Below, in pieces: positions 1 to 8,044 of a DNA stretch of 64,000 bases (position 1 is its first letter; every line of letters starts with the position of its first letter). Source of the stretch: a virus; IMG/VR virus record IMGVR_UViG_3300045999_013278, positions 1 through 64,000 of that record; one strand, written 5' to 3'. The translations under genes and the position numbers were made by a program. Under the pieces are notes generated by a model, which was not told the DNA's origin, searched no databases, and was given only the letters and a program-made list of their open reading frames with translations.

Positions 1-540
1 ATGTTGGCGTTTTGGGACGGAAACAAAGAGGGCGGAACGGCAAATTGTATTGAGTATTGCAAGAAAAAAAATATCCCCTGGATTAATCTTTATCCCACTA
101 AAAAAATAATTAAGGAAGAGGAAGAAAAAATAATAATAGGTAATTTAAAAAACCTTTCCCCAAAGTTGGGGTATATGGATATAATTTGTGACAGGAGTAG
201 CGCATTAGGTAATCCCTACGTCCTAGAGAGGGAAGAAGATAGGGAATTATTGGTAAAGGCTTTTAGTTTGTGGCTAGACACTAATTTTCAAGTATACAAA
301 GAAGTCGGCGTAAGAAATGCAAGACTACTTCCGTCGCTGGTTAATCCTGGTTTAAAAATTGCCCCAACTTACAAGCATCCTACCGTAGATGAAATAGTCT
401 CAAGTTTTATCAACCTCTTAAGAATGGTAAATAACGGGCAAAAAATAAGGCTTTTGTGTCATTGTTCACCTAAGCTATGCCACACCTCTGTAATTAAAAA
501 TAAATTACTGGAAATAATAAACAGTTACCCCAAGAATTAA
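1..540 (+). CDS. 5'-truncated protein: YspA/SLOG-like C-terminal end fused to a DUF4326-like domain
   Basis: AFWDG..GGTANCIEY resembles the end of SLOG/YspA domains; DRSSALGNPY and LLCHCSPKLCH resemble DUF4326 motifs. Confidence 0.6.
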   Translation: MLAFWDGNKEGGTANCIEYCKKKNIPWINLYPTKKIIKEEEEKIIIGNLKNLSPKLGYMDIICDRSSALGNPYVLEREEDRELLVKAFSLWLDTNFQVYKEVGVRNARLLPSLVNPGLKIAPTYKHPTVDEIVSSFINLLRMVNNGQKIRLLCHCSPKLCHTSVIKNKLLEIINSYPKN

Positions 541-640
541 AATCAGACCTTAACTTATTTATTTTAAAGTTAAGTCCTGATTTTTTAAGGATAGATATCA
601 AAAAACCTTAATTAAATTAATAATTAAGGTTTTTTGATTT
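539..640. terminator. Two AT-rich inverted repeats between convergent genes
   Basis: aaaatcag..cttaactt/aagttaag..ctgatttt and atcaaaaaaccttaatt/aattaaggttttttgat. Confidence 0.55.
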
Positions 641-656
641 AAGGATTTTTAAAGTT

Positions 657-1715
657 TTACCAGTTTACCTTACCGCTGCCATTTTGTACGGGCGCAGGTG
701 GTGGGGTAGGTGCGACACTTCCCCATTGTGGAGGTTGTGCAATACTTTGTTGAGCCTGTTCTAAAGGAGTAGATTGGGGTAAGTTTTGGGCTTGCTGCTG
801 TTGGAATGCCAGGAATTGCGCCATCATTTCAGGACTTAAGCCACCAACTACGGGAGGGGTTTGTACTTGGGGCTGTTGAGATGGCTGGGGGGTAGTCTGA
901 GGTTGAGGTAAGTTTTGAGGCTGTTGATATTGTTGATAATTTTGGGGAATAGGTTGCTGGGGTTGAACTACAGGGGTTGGTTGTTGATATTGTTGGGGTA
1001 AAGATTGAAATTGTTGTCCCCACTGTTGTTGTACTGGAGGTTGGGGCTGGGGAGTGGGTGTAGTTTTTGGCTTAGGTTGTCTTGGTGTAAGTACAGCCTG
1101 TCCAGTTAGATGTTGATTAATTCTTACGATCACGCCAGCCGCAGCATTAGCATCCATGTGACCCTGTTCAGAAAAAACTCTCTCGCCGGAGTTTTTCCAA
1201 ACGTCAACTAGTAATACTTTTGTTGCGCCGATACTAGCCTTAGTAGGATCGTAAGAAGGCTTGTCAACTAATCGGGAAAGTGTGAAAGTGAATGGTTCTA
1301 ACAATTCATCTGGCGTTAATGAAGCCAGAGCCTTAAGGAATGACTCAGTAGCTTTATTTAACTTGCCGTTATCATCATCAGACCAACCCAGATAAATAAC
1401 GTAAGTTCTGTTGCCGCAGTCAATCCAAAATTCTAACTTCTGTTTGTCAACTCCACCTGTAGTAGTGTCAATTAAATTAAGAAACTTAAGCTTACATTTA
1501 ATCGCAGGTTGAGGAATAGGAACGCGGACGTTGTTATCTAAAGCAACTAAATAAGGCGGACGACCCGCGCTACATTCTTCGTAGCCAGGGAAAAGGTATT
1601 TTACGGCGTTTTGGTTTTCTGGGATTGGGCAAAAGCCCAATCCATTACTATTGCTGCCGCCACCTAAGACTTGGGTTAGTGCTTGGGCTAATTGTTGGAG
1701 TAGTTCGTTGGACAT
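657..1715 (-). CDS. Hypothetical protein with a globular N-terminal domain and long Gln/Pro-rich tail (start probably MSNELL)
   Basis: ORF track; the upstream ATG at 1751 overlaps the -10 box of the predicted promoter. Confidence 0.7.
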   Translation of the reverse strand: MSNELLQQLAQALTQVLGGGSNSNGLGFCPIPENQNAVKYLFPGYEECSAGRPPYLVALDNNVRVPIPQPAIKCKLKFLNLIDTTTGGVDKQKLEFWIDCGNRTYVIYLGWSDDDNGKLNKATESFLKALASLTPDELLEPFTFTLSRLVDKPSYDPTKASIGATKVLLVDVWKNSGERVFSEQGHMDANAAAGVIVRINQHLTGQAVLTPRQPKPKTTPTPQPQPPVQQQWGQQFQSLPQQYQQPTPVVQPQQPIPQNYQQYQQPQNLPQPQTTPQPSQQPQVQTPPVVGGLSPEMMAQFLAFQQQQAQNLPQSTPLEQAQQSIAQPPQWGSVAPTPPPAPVQNGSGKVNW

Positions 1716-1746
1716 AATCTTTAATTTTCTTGAGCTTATATAAAAT

Positions 1747-1775
1747 ATCATACTCTATCCCTATACCGTCGTCAA
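1747..1775 (-). promoter_or_regulatory. Sigma70-type promoter with phage motif TTGACGACGGTA
   Basis: TTGACG-17 nt-TATGAT on the minus strand. Confidence 0.8.
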
Positions 1776-1891
1776 GTAGTTTTAGTAAAATTATTTTAAA
1801 AGCATATACTTAATGTAATTGTAAAAAAAGAGGTATGGTAGTATGCAAGGACATTTTTTTAACCTTGTTAGGTGTCCTGGGCAAATAAACA

Positions 1892-1920
1892 ATAAAAAAC
1901 CCGCCATTTCTGACGGGTTG
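1892..1920 (-). terminator. Rho-independent terminator
   Basis: AACCCGTCA-GAAA-TGGCGGGTT followed by TTTTATT on the minus strand. Confidence 0.75.
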
Positions 1921-2041
1921 GGGTGATACTTTTTAAAATCCTTGTCATTCCAACTTCATAAGCTTCGCTAATTTCCGGTTTAATAGTTGAATATCAGTTT
2001 CATCCTTTAATCGGTAGATATCCTGATTCTGACAAAAATTT

Positions 2042-2229
2042 TCTCGCTATGCGAGAGGGATAAGACAAGAAAAGAGCAAAAGTGCATAGTGCTATTAAGT
2101 CCACGCCGCACCACTACATACAACCCGAAAACCGATATTGTAGCTGCCGTAGTCGAGATTGAAGTAGTCACGATAAGCAGAACGGCAATTTTCAGGATTG
2201 CTGCCCCACGAACCACCGCGCAGCAGCCT
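2042..2229 (-). other. Orphan DGR variable-region-like cassette (FGE/CLec C-terminus) with downstream hairpin
   Basis: Minus frame reads RLLRGGSWGSNPENCRSAYRDYFNLDYGSYNIGFRVVCSGAAWT* (stop 2095-2097); variable codons are NNC/NNT; hairpin TCTCGC-N3-GCGAGA at 2042-2056. Confidence 0.75.
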
Positions 2230-2243
2230 TCTGTGTAGACGCT

Positions 2244-2609
2244 TTATTCTATCCACTCTAAAAACTCTATTTTCATCTTTACAGATTGCTTGAACAGTCT
2301 GTAGTCAAACTTAGATGACAGCATCAGGTTCGATTCATAGGGCTTTATGCCTTTACACCAACTAACAGATATGTGAGGATATTTGTTAGCGCAGGGAATA
2401 TGATCAGGAAGTTTGACAGCTACAGCTTGTATTTTGCCGTTCCAAGCTTCATATAAAGTTGTGGCTTGGAACTCTAAACCCTCCCACTCTTTCCAGTCTT
2501 GGCGGCCAACCCCAAACTGGAGTGTTGTATGGTGGGGACTCCCCACGGGGTAGAGTGGGGAAATTATTAGGGGCGACTGGATAACACCCCACAGGATACC
2601 GTTAGTCAT
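2244..2609 (-). CDS. 2H phosphoesterase (cyclic phosphodiesterase-like)
   Basis: Two Hx(T/S) motifs, PHHTTL and PHISV, about 50 aa apart. Confidence 0.65.
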   Translation of the reverse strand: MTNGILWGVIQSPLIISPLYPVGSPHHTTLQFGVGRQDWKEWEGLEFQATTLYEAWNGKIQAVAVKLPDHIPCANKYPHISVSWCKGIKPYESNLMLSSKFDYRLFKQSVKMKIEFLEWIE

Positions 2610-2967
2610 CTAAAGACACTAACGAATATACAATCCTTGTTTTTATGTCGGTACTTTGTTCTGTTAGTGGTAAGTCCACTAACTCGGAATCAAACAAACT
2701 GACTTTGATTCCTAAGTTTGTTAACTTAATTAAAGTCAGTCCCGTGACTGAAGAGGTTATTATTTGATCGCCTATGTTTAAGGCGATTTTAATCGTGCGG
2801 ATTATATCTTTATCATCGTAACAATATTCTATCTCTTCGACAATTAAATAATTTCCTTCTTCCAAATAAAGGTCGAAAGTATTACCTTGACTTTCTCGCT
2901 CGTAGGAAAAGTCGGGATTAATCCCGAAAAGTTCGTTAAACTCTTGTGAAATAAAAGAATAAATCAT
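2602..2967 (-). CDS. Hypothetical protein (start MIYSF)
   Basis: AGGAG RBS at 2973-2977; the longer ORF start overlaps the ribozyme. Confidence 0.65.
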   Translation of the reverse strand: MIYSFISQEFNELFGINPDFSYERESQGNTFDLYLEEGNYLIVEEIEYCYDDKDIIRTIKIALNIGDQIITSSVTGLTLIKLTNLGIKVSLFDSELVDLPLTEQSTDIKTRIVYSLVSLDD

Positions 2968-2997
2968 TGTTACTCCTAAGTGGGTGTATGTAAAGTG

Positions 2998-3065
2998 ACT
3001 TCCCACGACTACCGGGGTGGTAGTTTCGGACGGTAGTCAGCCGTCCATCATCAGGTGGGTTGAAG
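2998..3065 (-). ncRNA. Type I hammerhead ribozyme
   Basis: CCCAC-CUGAUGA-U-GGACGG(cugacua)CCGUCC-GAA-ACUACC(acccc)GGUAGU-C-GUGGG; three stems pair; predicted cleavage after GUC between 3007 and 3006. Confidence 0.9.
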
Positions 3066-3386
3066 CTAAAAAGTAAAAGGTTGCCAGCCCGGCTTTATCC
3101 TACGCCTTTTGAGACTTTCTTCTTCTTCTTTTAATTGTTCCTCTAAGAAATGTCTGGAATAAGTATCCATCCCGTCTTCCATTACAAAGGTGTCGCCCAA
3201 GGGGGCGCGTTCTATTGGAGTCAGTGGTGTCAGCCACTCATGATCATGATCCACTTTTCTCAACTCCCCAGCAAATTTTAAGCTGGGTGACTTGTGCTGT
3301 CCTATGTAATCTTTATTACTTACTGTTACGTAAGCATACGAAATCAAATGATAAGTATATCCATCTACTACCAGTATTGTTTCCAT
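3066..3386 (-). CDS. Hypothetical protein
   Basis: 106-aa ORF in the minus-strand cluster. Confidence 0.65.
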   Translation of the reverse strand: METILVVDGYTYHLISYAYVTVSNKDYIGQHKSPSLKFAGELRKVDHDHEWLTPLTPIERAPLGDTFVMEDGMDTYSRHFLEEQLKEEEESLKRRRIKPGWQPFTF

Positions 3387-3407
3387 TTTATTTTGCTCTT
3401 TATTTAC

Positions 3408-3473
3408 AAAAGCAGTTTACCGACGTGCTTAGGTCGTTTGCAATCAGTTTGCGGATCTTTCATGATCCGCAAA
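3408..3473 (-). ncRNA. Predicted hairpin plus H-type pseudoknot in intergenic RNA
   Basis: UUUGCGGAUC/GAUCCGCAAA hairpin, then CGAC-cu-AAGCA-c-GUCG-guaaac-UGCUU. Confidence 0.5.
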
Positions 3474-3478
3474 TAACA

Positions 3479-3706
3479 CTAAAAGACATCTACAACAGGA
3501 CTGCTGTAGCCATAACGGGCTGACCAGCTTAAACCTGACCATGTAGTGACACGGGTGATTTTCCCGTTTTTCACTTCAAGTCTTGCTTGTTCTGTGGGAA
3601 CTTCACCAAAGTGAAACTCGTCATTTTTGGGAAAATCAGCACCCAGTAAAGTCTTGAGTGCTTCAGCACTTTTCCAATTAGCGATTATAAATTCTTTAAC
3701 GTCCAT
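3479..3706 (-). CDS. Hypothetical protein
   Basis: 75-aa ORF, CAGGA RBS, directly downstream of a promoter. Confidence 0.7.
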   Translation of the reverse strand: MDVKEFIIANWKSAEALKTLLGADFPKNDEFHFGEVPTEQARLEVKNGKITRVTTWSGLSWSARYGYSSPVVDVF

Positions 3707-3736
3707 GTCCTGTAATTTGTTTCACTCTATATTTAG

Positions 3737-3765
3737 AGTCTAGTAGACTTATTCCAATTTGTCAA
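3737..3765 (-). promoter_or_regulatory. Canonical sigma70-type promoter
   Basis: TTGACA-17 nt-TAGACT. Confidence 0.7.
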
Positions 3766-3974
3766 GTGGTTTTAGAAAATATTTTCAGGATAACCAATAA
3801 CGCCCTAGGATCACCATCTAGCAGTGCTTCTAGAAATTCCCCATACATAGGATAAATGTTTTCTTTTTGCCGAAAGAAAAAGCCGCCATTTATCAGCAAC
3901 TCGTCCCAGTGTGCTTTCTTGTCTCTGGGCAGACGACACTGGATCTTAACTCTATCTTCACTCGGTCGGGGCAT
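3762..3974 (-). CDS. Small putative ribbon-helix-helix DNA-binding protein
   Basis: N-terminal RVKIQCRLPRDKKAHWDEL strand-helix pattern; GGAG RBS. Confidence 0.45.
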   Translation of the reverse strand: MPRPSEDRVKIQCRLPRDKKAHWDELLINGGFFFRQKENIYPMYGEFLEALLDGDPRALLVILKIFSKTT

Positions 3975-4185
3975 TTGGGATTAACTCCACTAGATATATC
4001 TAAACTATAGACTATAGCAGAAAATCTGTAGATGATCCGACATTTGAATTGCGGCTTTAGTTTTGCTTAAATGCTATTCTCCATGTTGCGGATCAGCTTA
4101 CCAGATGGACAATCTCCATAATTATCTGTTTCAATGGGTAATGGGTATCGGCATTTTAGAGGCTTTTGCCCGTTTTTATATTTGA

Positions 4186-4362
4186 GCGCGATCGCAAAAT
4201 GGTAAAAATCTTAAAACGCAGAGCGTCATGCAATGGGGTCAGACAGTTTTCTTTACTATAAGGATTTTGACTGACGCTTCATATAACTTTACATATTTTA
4301 AAATCCTCCAAAACCTTACTGTATAAAGATTTGGAGGATTTAGTGTAATTTGCCTGACGCTT
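4186..4362. repeat. Dispersed repeat copy 1 (CGTCAGG-box family), just downstream of dnaE
   Basis: Homologous to 10755-10838, 28532-28603 and 57299-57460; contains AAATCCTCCAAA/TTTGGAGGATTT inverted repeat. Confidence 0.8.
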
Positions 4363-4367
4363 TTAGT

Positions 4368-7300
4368 TTACCAAAAACCTGCCGGCGCAGTTTGGGGATG
4401 TTCCCACATATTTACCTGACGTGGCGCGAACTCATATCCTAAAATTGTCATTTCTATGATTTTTGGCCTATCACCGTCACTTAAATTTACGGTTATTCCC
4501 GCCGTCAAACATGATGTTAAAAATTCTTTCCCCTGAGTGCCGTCACGCAAAAATACCTCCAAAACACACCCTGTTTTTTGCATAATTCTAAGGAAATGGT
4601 CAGTCCCTCCCGTCTGTTTGTTTGTGAGAACTTTATTTTGGATGATTTTGCCTGACGCTATGCGATCGCCATATTCCCCCTCAAAGGCTACTATTAAATT
4701 TAATTCATCTAAGCACTTTTTAACTTCATTTAAGCTTAGGACTGCTTTGCAAGTATTACTGACCTTACCGTTATATTCACCCTTAGTTACGTTAAAAGCT
4801 AAAGGTTTATATTCCAATACTGAAGTTTGGATTAGGGTATTAAACTTGGTTAATTCTTCGTTAAACACAGTAATGTCATGACTTTCCCCATTTTCATCAT
4901 TCACCATGAGAAATACCATTAAGTCGCCATTTCTTGTCGTAAAGGGCTTGTAATTCGTGACAATTCCCGTTACCCATTCACTTTGGGGTAAGTTTAAATT
5001 TAAGTTTTGGAACGGGTTGACGCTTACGACCGTCCCGATCAGATCCTTCTCCACTTCTACTATTTTTTCCGTAGTCCTTAAAGTAGGTTGGGGAAAATTA
5101 AAATCCTTACTCACAAGGTAAGTTTTAAATTCTTCTACGTTTAAAGTTACTTCCCCCTCTCCCCCGTTTTTTAATGCCCGACGTTTTAGTGTTCCCTTAA
5201 AATAACTTAAGGCTTTAAATAAAACCACTAAACTTTCTTCTGGAAAAATTTCATCCCCAAAAAACCCTAAATTATTTAAGCTAATTACTACACCTTTATC
5301 ACCACCACTTCTTAGGCAAAAATCCACAACGCCACTATAAGGGTAATTCTTAACTATTTCCTCCGCAACGCTTACGCCCAGTCCCTTAATATTAGCTAAA
5401 CCTAAATTAATTCCCTCTGGAGTTAGGAAACATTTAACCCTTAATTCTGCCCACATTTTAGGGAGGATTATATTAAAGTGGCGTTTTGTATTTTTAATCC
5501 ACTCTGCTGACTTCTCAAATGATTTTGAGGACACGGTAATTCCGGCTGCCCAAAATTCCCTCGGTGCATAAACCTTATAAAATGCACTAATTAAGGCTTG
5601 ATACCCATAAGCATAAGTGTGGGATTTATTAAAACTGTACTCAGCCGAAGCTTTAACTTCTGACCATAAAGCTAATGCTAATTCTTCACTTACCCCGCTA
5701 TGAGTAATTGCGCCCCCCACAAATTTTTCCTCTTGCGCGGGCATATCCTTAATTTTTTTCTTCCCAATTATTTTCCGTAAATCATCAGCTTCAGCTAAAG
5801 AATACCCTGAAAGTTTTTGAGCCATAAGCATAATTTCCTCTTGGTAAAGCATAATCCCAAAAGTATCTTTAAGCACTTCATCTACGATGGGGTGAACCTT
5901 TGGAGTACCCAAAACCCTGTTTCTGACATAAACCCTATCGCTGCCACTGTCTAAACATCCTGGACGATTTAGAGCGTTTACCGCCGATAAGTCTTCAAAG
6001 TTATTTGCCCCTATTTCTCGCAATAAATTTGAAGGAACTTTACCCTCCATCTGGAATACGCCAAAAGTATCCCCCTGTTTTAACATGGCGTAAACTTCGG
6101 GATAATTCCCTAACTCATTAATTACAGGAATTGTACAATTACTTTCTTTAAGTAATGCCTCTATTTCTAATTCTTGGGATAAACCTGTAAGTCCTAGAAC
6201 GTCAAATTTAATAACGCCCATTTCCTCAAGTTCGTCTTTATCGTAAACGGTGGTAATTTTTTCCTCGCCGCCGTCCCAGACTAGGGGAACGTAATCCTGT
6301 AATTCTTCCGAAATACAAATTCCGCCCGCATGAACTCCGCTTTGTCTTTCCCGTCCCTCTATAAATTGTGCTGCATGAGTTATGGCTATTCTTTCCTCTT
6401 CTGATAATTCATCGGAGTGGAAAAATTTATAAAATTCCCCACCCTCATCCACTAATAATTTACTAATTTTTGGAGGAACGCCCCTAATAGTTTTGAAATA
6501 CCTCTTGGATATTTCCGTAGCCTTACGCCAACTTAAGTTGTGTGTCCTGAAGGAATCTGCTAAGGCACTGCCAGCCGCACTTTTAGTGACTGTACCGACG
6601 GCTGCAACATTGTACCGACCCCATCTTTCCCTTAAATGTTCCACTACGGCATCCTTCCCTTCGCCGTTCATATCCGTGTCAATGTCGGGCATTGCTTTAC
6701 GCCCAGGATTGAGGAATCGCTCGAACATTAGCCCGTGTTTGATTGGGTCAATATCAGTAATTTTTAAACAGTAAGCCACAATTGACCCAGCCGCAGAACC
6801 CCGTCCTTTCCCAACTTTATGGCCAATTCCCCTCACAAAACTACAAAAATCTTCCACGATTAAAAAATAATCTGCGAAACCCATTTCTGAGATTACTCTC
6901 ATTTCATAGTCCAGTCGTTCCCATAACCCAGGACTTAAAGCTTCGGGAGGGTAACGGTTAAACATCCCGTCAGCGCACTTTTGCTTAAATATTGCCTCGG
7001 CATTGGGAGAAAATTTAATTGGCTTAACAACGTTAAATAAGCTGTAATCCTCAAACTTATCCGCGATTTTTAGGGTATTATCTAGGGCTACGTTAATCTC
7101 CTCTGACGATAACCCAGAATTGTCATAGAAGTGTTGGAAAATTTCTTCCCTCGTTTTTACATACTCCTCACCGGTGTACTCGAAGTTATTAAGCCTTTCC
7201 GATCCTAAAGTGGCATTACCCTTCATGCCTATACTTAACGCGAGTGTTTGACTAAACCAATCTTCCTTACCCAAGAAGTGAGCGTCGTTGGTAATTATTC

Positions 7301-7910
7301 TCGCAACATTTAATTTTTTACCTAACTCGACAATTTTTTGAGTATGACTTGGCCAACTTTTCCTTATGCCGTAGTGGCAGTGCAATTCTAGATAAAGCCT
7401 GTCCTTAAAGACGGCGCGGTATTTAATGATCCACTTCTTAGCCCTAAGCTCATCTCCCGCGCTAAGGCTTTGGTTTAGCTCGGAGCTAATGCAGCCACTT
7501 AAAATTATCAACCCAGCATTATGGGAGAAAATTTGAGCATTAGTAACACAAGGCTTTTTAGCCTTCCCGCGTACTTGCTCTAAACTGGCTATCGTGCTTA
7601 AACGGCATAAGTTTTTGTAACCCTCTAGGTTAATTGCAATAGCGGTTAAGTGGTAATAGTCTTTTCCGTTGGCGGTTTTTTCCCCACCCTCTTCCATTAC
7701 GTATAACTCGCAGCCTATCAGGTGCTTAATCCCCTCTTTTCGGCACTCCTTAAATAGCTCAAAAGCCGCAGACATACTCCCATGATCGGTAATGCAAGCT
7801 GCGGGTAAGCCCTGTACCTTACTAAACTCAACTAATCTCTTAACGTCTATGTCACCATCAAAGTTTGAGCCTCTGCGGGTGTGGTTATGAAGAGATATGT
7901 ACTGCTGCAT
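4368..7910 (-). CDS. dnaE: DNA polymerase III alpha subunit (family C)
   Basis: PHP motifs (HNHT, ITDHG, TNDAH), GRGSAAGS, FERFLNPGR, MPDIDTD, KFDVLGL, YSFNKSH, C-terminal OB fold. Confidence 0.97.
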   Translation of the reverse strand: MQQYISLHNHTRRGSNFDGDIDVKRLVEFSKVQGLPAACITDHGSMSAAFELFKECRKEGIKHLIGCELYVMEEGGEKTANGKDYYHLTAIAINLEGYKNLCRLSTIASLEQVRGKAKKPCVTNAQIFSHNAGLIILSGCISSELNQSLSAGDELRAKKWIIKYRAVFKDRLYLELHCHYGIRKSWPSHTQKIVELGKKLNVARIITNDAHFLGKEDWFSQTLALSIGMKGNATLGSERLNNFEYTGEEYVKTREEIFQHFYDNSGLSSEEINVALDNTLKIADKFEDYSLFNVVKPIKFSPNAEAIFKQKCADGMFNRYPPEALSPGLWERLDYEMRVISEMGFADYFLIVEDFCSFVRGIGHKVGKGRGSAAGSIVAYCLKITDIDPIKHGLMFERFLNPGRKAMPDIDTDMNGEGKDAVVEHLRERWGRYNVAAVGTVTKSAAGSALADSFRTHNLSWRKATEISKRYFKTIRGVPPKISKLLVDEGGEFYKFFHSDELSEEERIAITHAAQFIEGRERQSGVHAGGICISEELQDYVPLVWDGGEEKITTVYDKDELEEMGVIKFDVLGLTGLSQELEIEALLKESNCTIPVINELGNYPEVYAMLKQGDTFGVFQMEGKVPSNLLREIGANNFEDLSAVNALNRPGCLDSGSDRVYVRNRVLGTPKVHPIVDEVLKDTFGIMLYQEEIMLMAQKLSGYSLAEADDLRKIIGKKKIKDMPAQEEKFVGGAITHSGVSEELALALWSEVKASAEYSFNKSHTYAYGYQALISAFYKVYAPREFWAAGITVSSKSFEKSAEWIKNTKRHFNIILPKMWAELRVKCFLTPEGINLGLANIKGLGVSVAEEIVKNYPYSGVVDFCLRSGGDKGVVISLNNLGFFGDEIFPEESLVVLFKALSYFKGTLKRRALKNGGEGEVTLNVEEFKTYLVSKDFNFPQPTLRTTEKIVEVEKDLIGTVVSVNPFQNLNLNLPQSEWVTGIVTNYKPFTTRNGDLMVFLMVNDENGESHDITVFNEELTKFNTLIQTSVLEYKPLAFNVTKGEYNGKVSNTCKAVLSLNEVKKCLDELNLIVAFEGEYGDRIASGKIIQNKVLTNKQTGGTDHFLRIMQKTGCVLEVFLRDGTQGKEFLTSCLTAGITVNLSDGDRPKIIEMTILGYEFAPRQVNMWEHPQTAPAGFW

Positions 7911-7983
7911 ATTTTTAAAAATGTTTTGTGTAAATTTACCCTAGCACACTCTACCGTCGTTAGGCAACTATTTTTATTTACAA

Positions 7984-8019
7984 AAACTACTTGACATCCC
8001 TACCGTTGTCAAGTAGGAT
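7984..8019. promoter_or_regulatory. Overlapping opposite-strand promoters forming an inverted repeat
   Basis: Plus TTGACA-17-TAGGAT; minus TTGACA-17-TAGTTT; arms CTACTTGACA/TGTCAAGTAG; extra motif variant at 7952-7964. Confidence 0.7.
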
Positions 8020-8044
8020 GAGGAAAGAAATTAACTTAGCGATT

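Noticed and set aside
780-1070. CAA/CAG-rich repetitive DNA
   Set aside because: Explained by the Gln/Pro-rich protein tail; no regular repeat-spacer period.
2007-2216. 69-aa ORF MVRGAAILKIAVLL.. in the ORF track
   Set aside because: Alternative-frame reading of the DGR VR-like sequence; the informative frame is RGGSW..GFRV.
2095-2229. Interpretation as a DGR template repeat or a complete DGR
   Set aside because: Variable positions are not AAC-rich, and no second copy, reverse transcriptase or Avd is visible in the window.
2230-2290. WYL-like string ENRVFRVDRIK in the frame upstream of the VR
   Set aside because: Overlaps the 2H gene in another frame with stops shortly upstream; too short to support a WYL domain.
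4186-4362. Possible CRISPR leader or mini-array
   Set aside because: Spaced-box layout is loosely leader-like, but no direct repeat-spacer units or cas genes were found near any copy.
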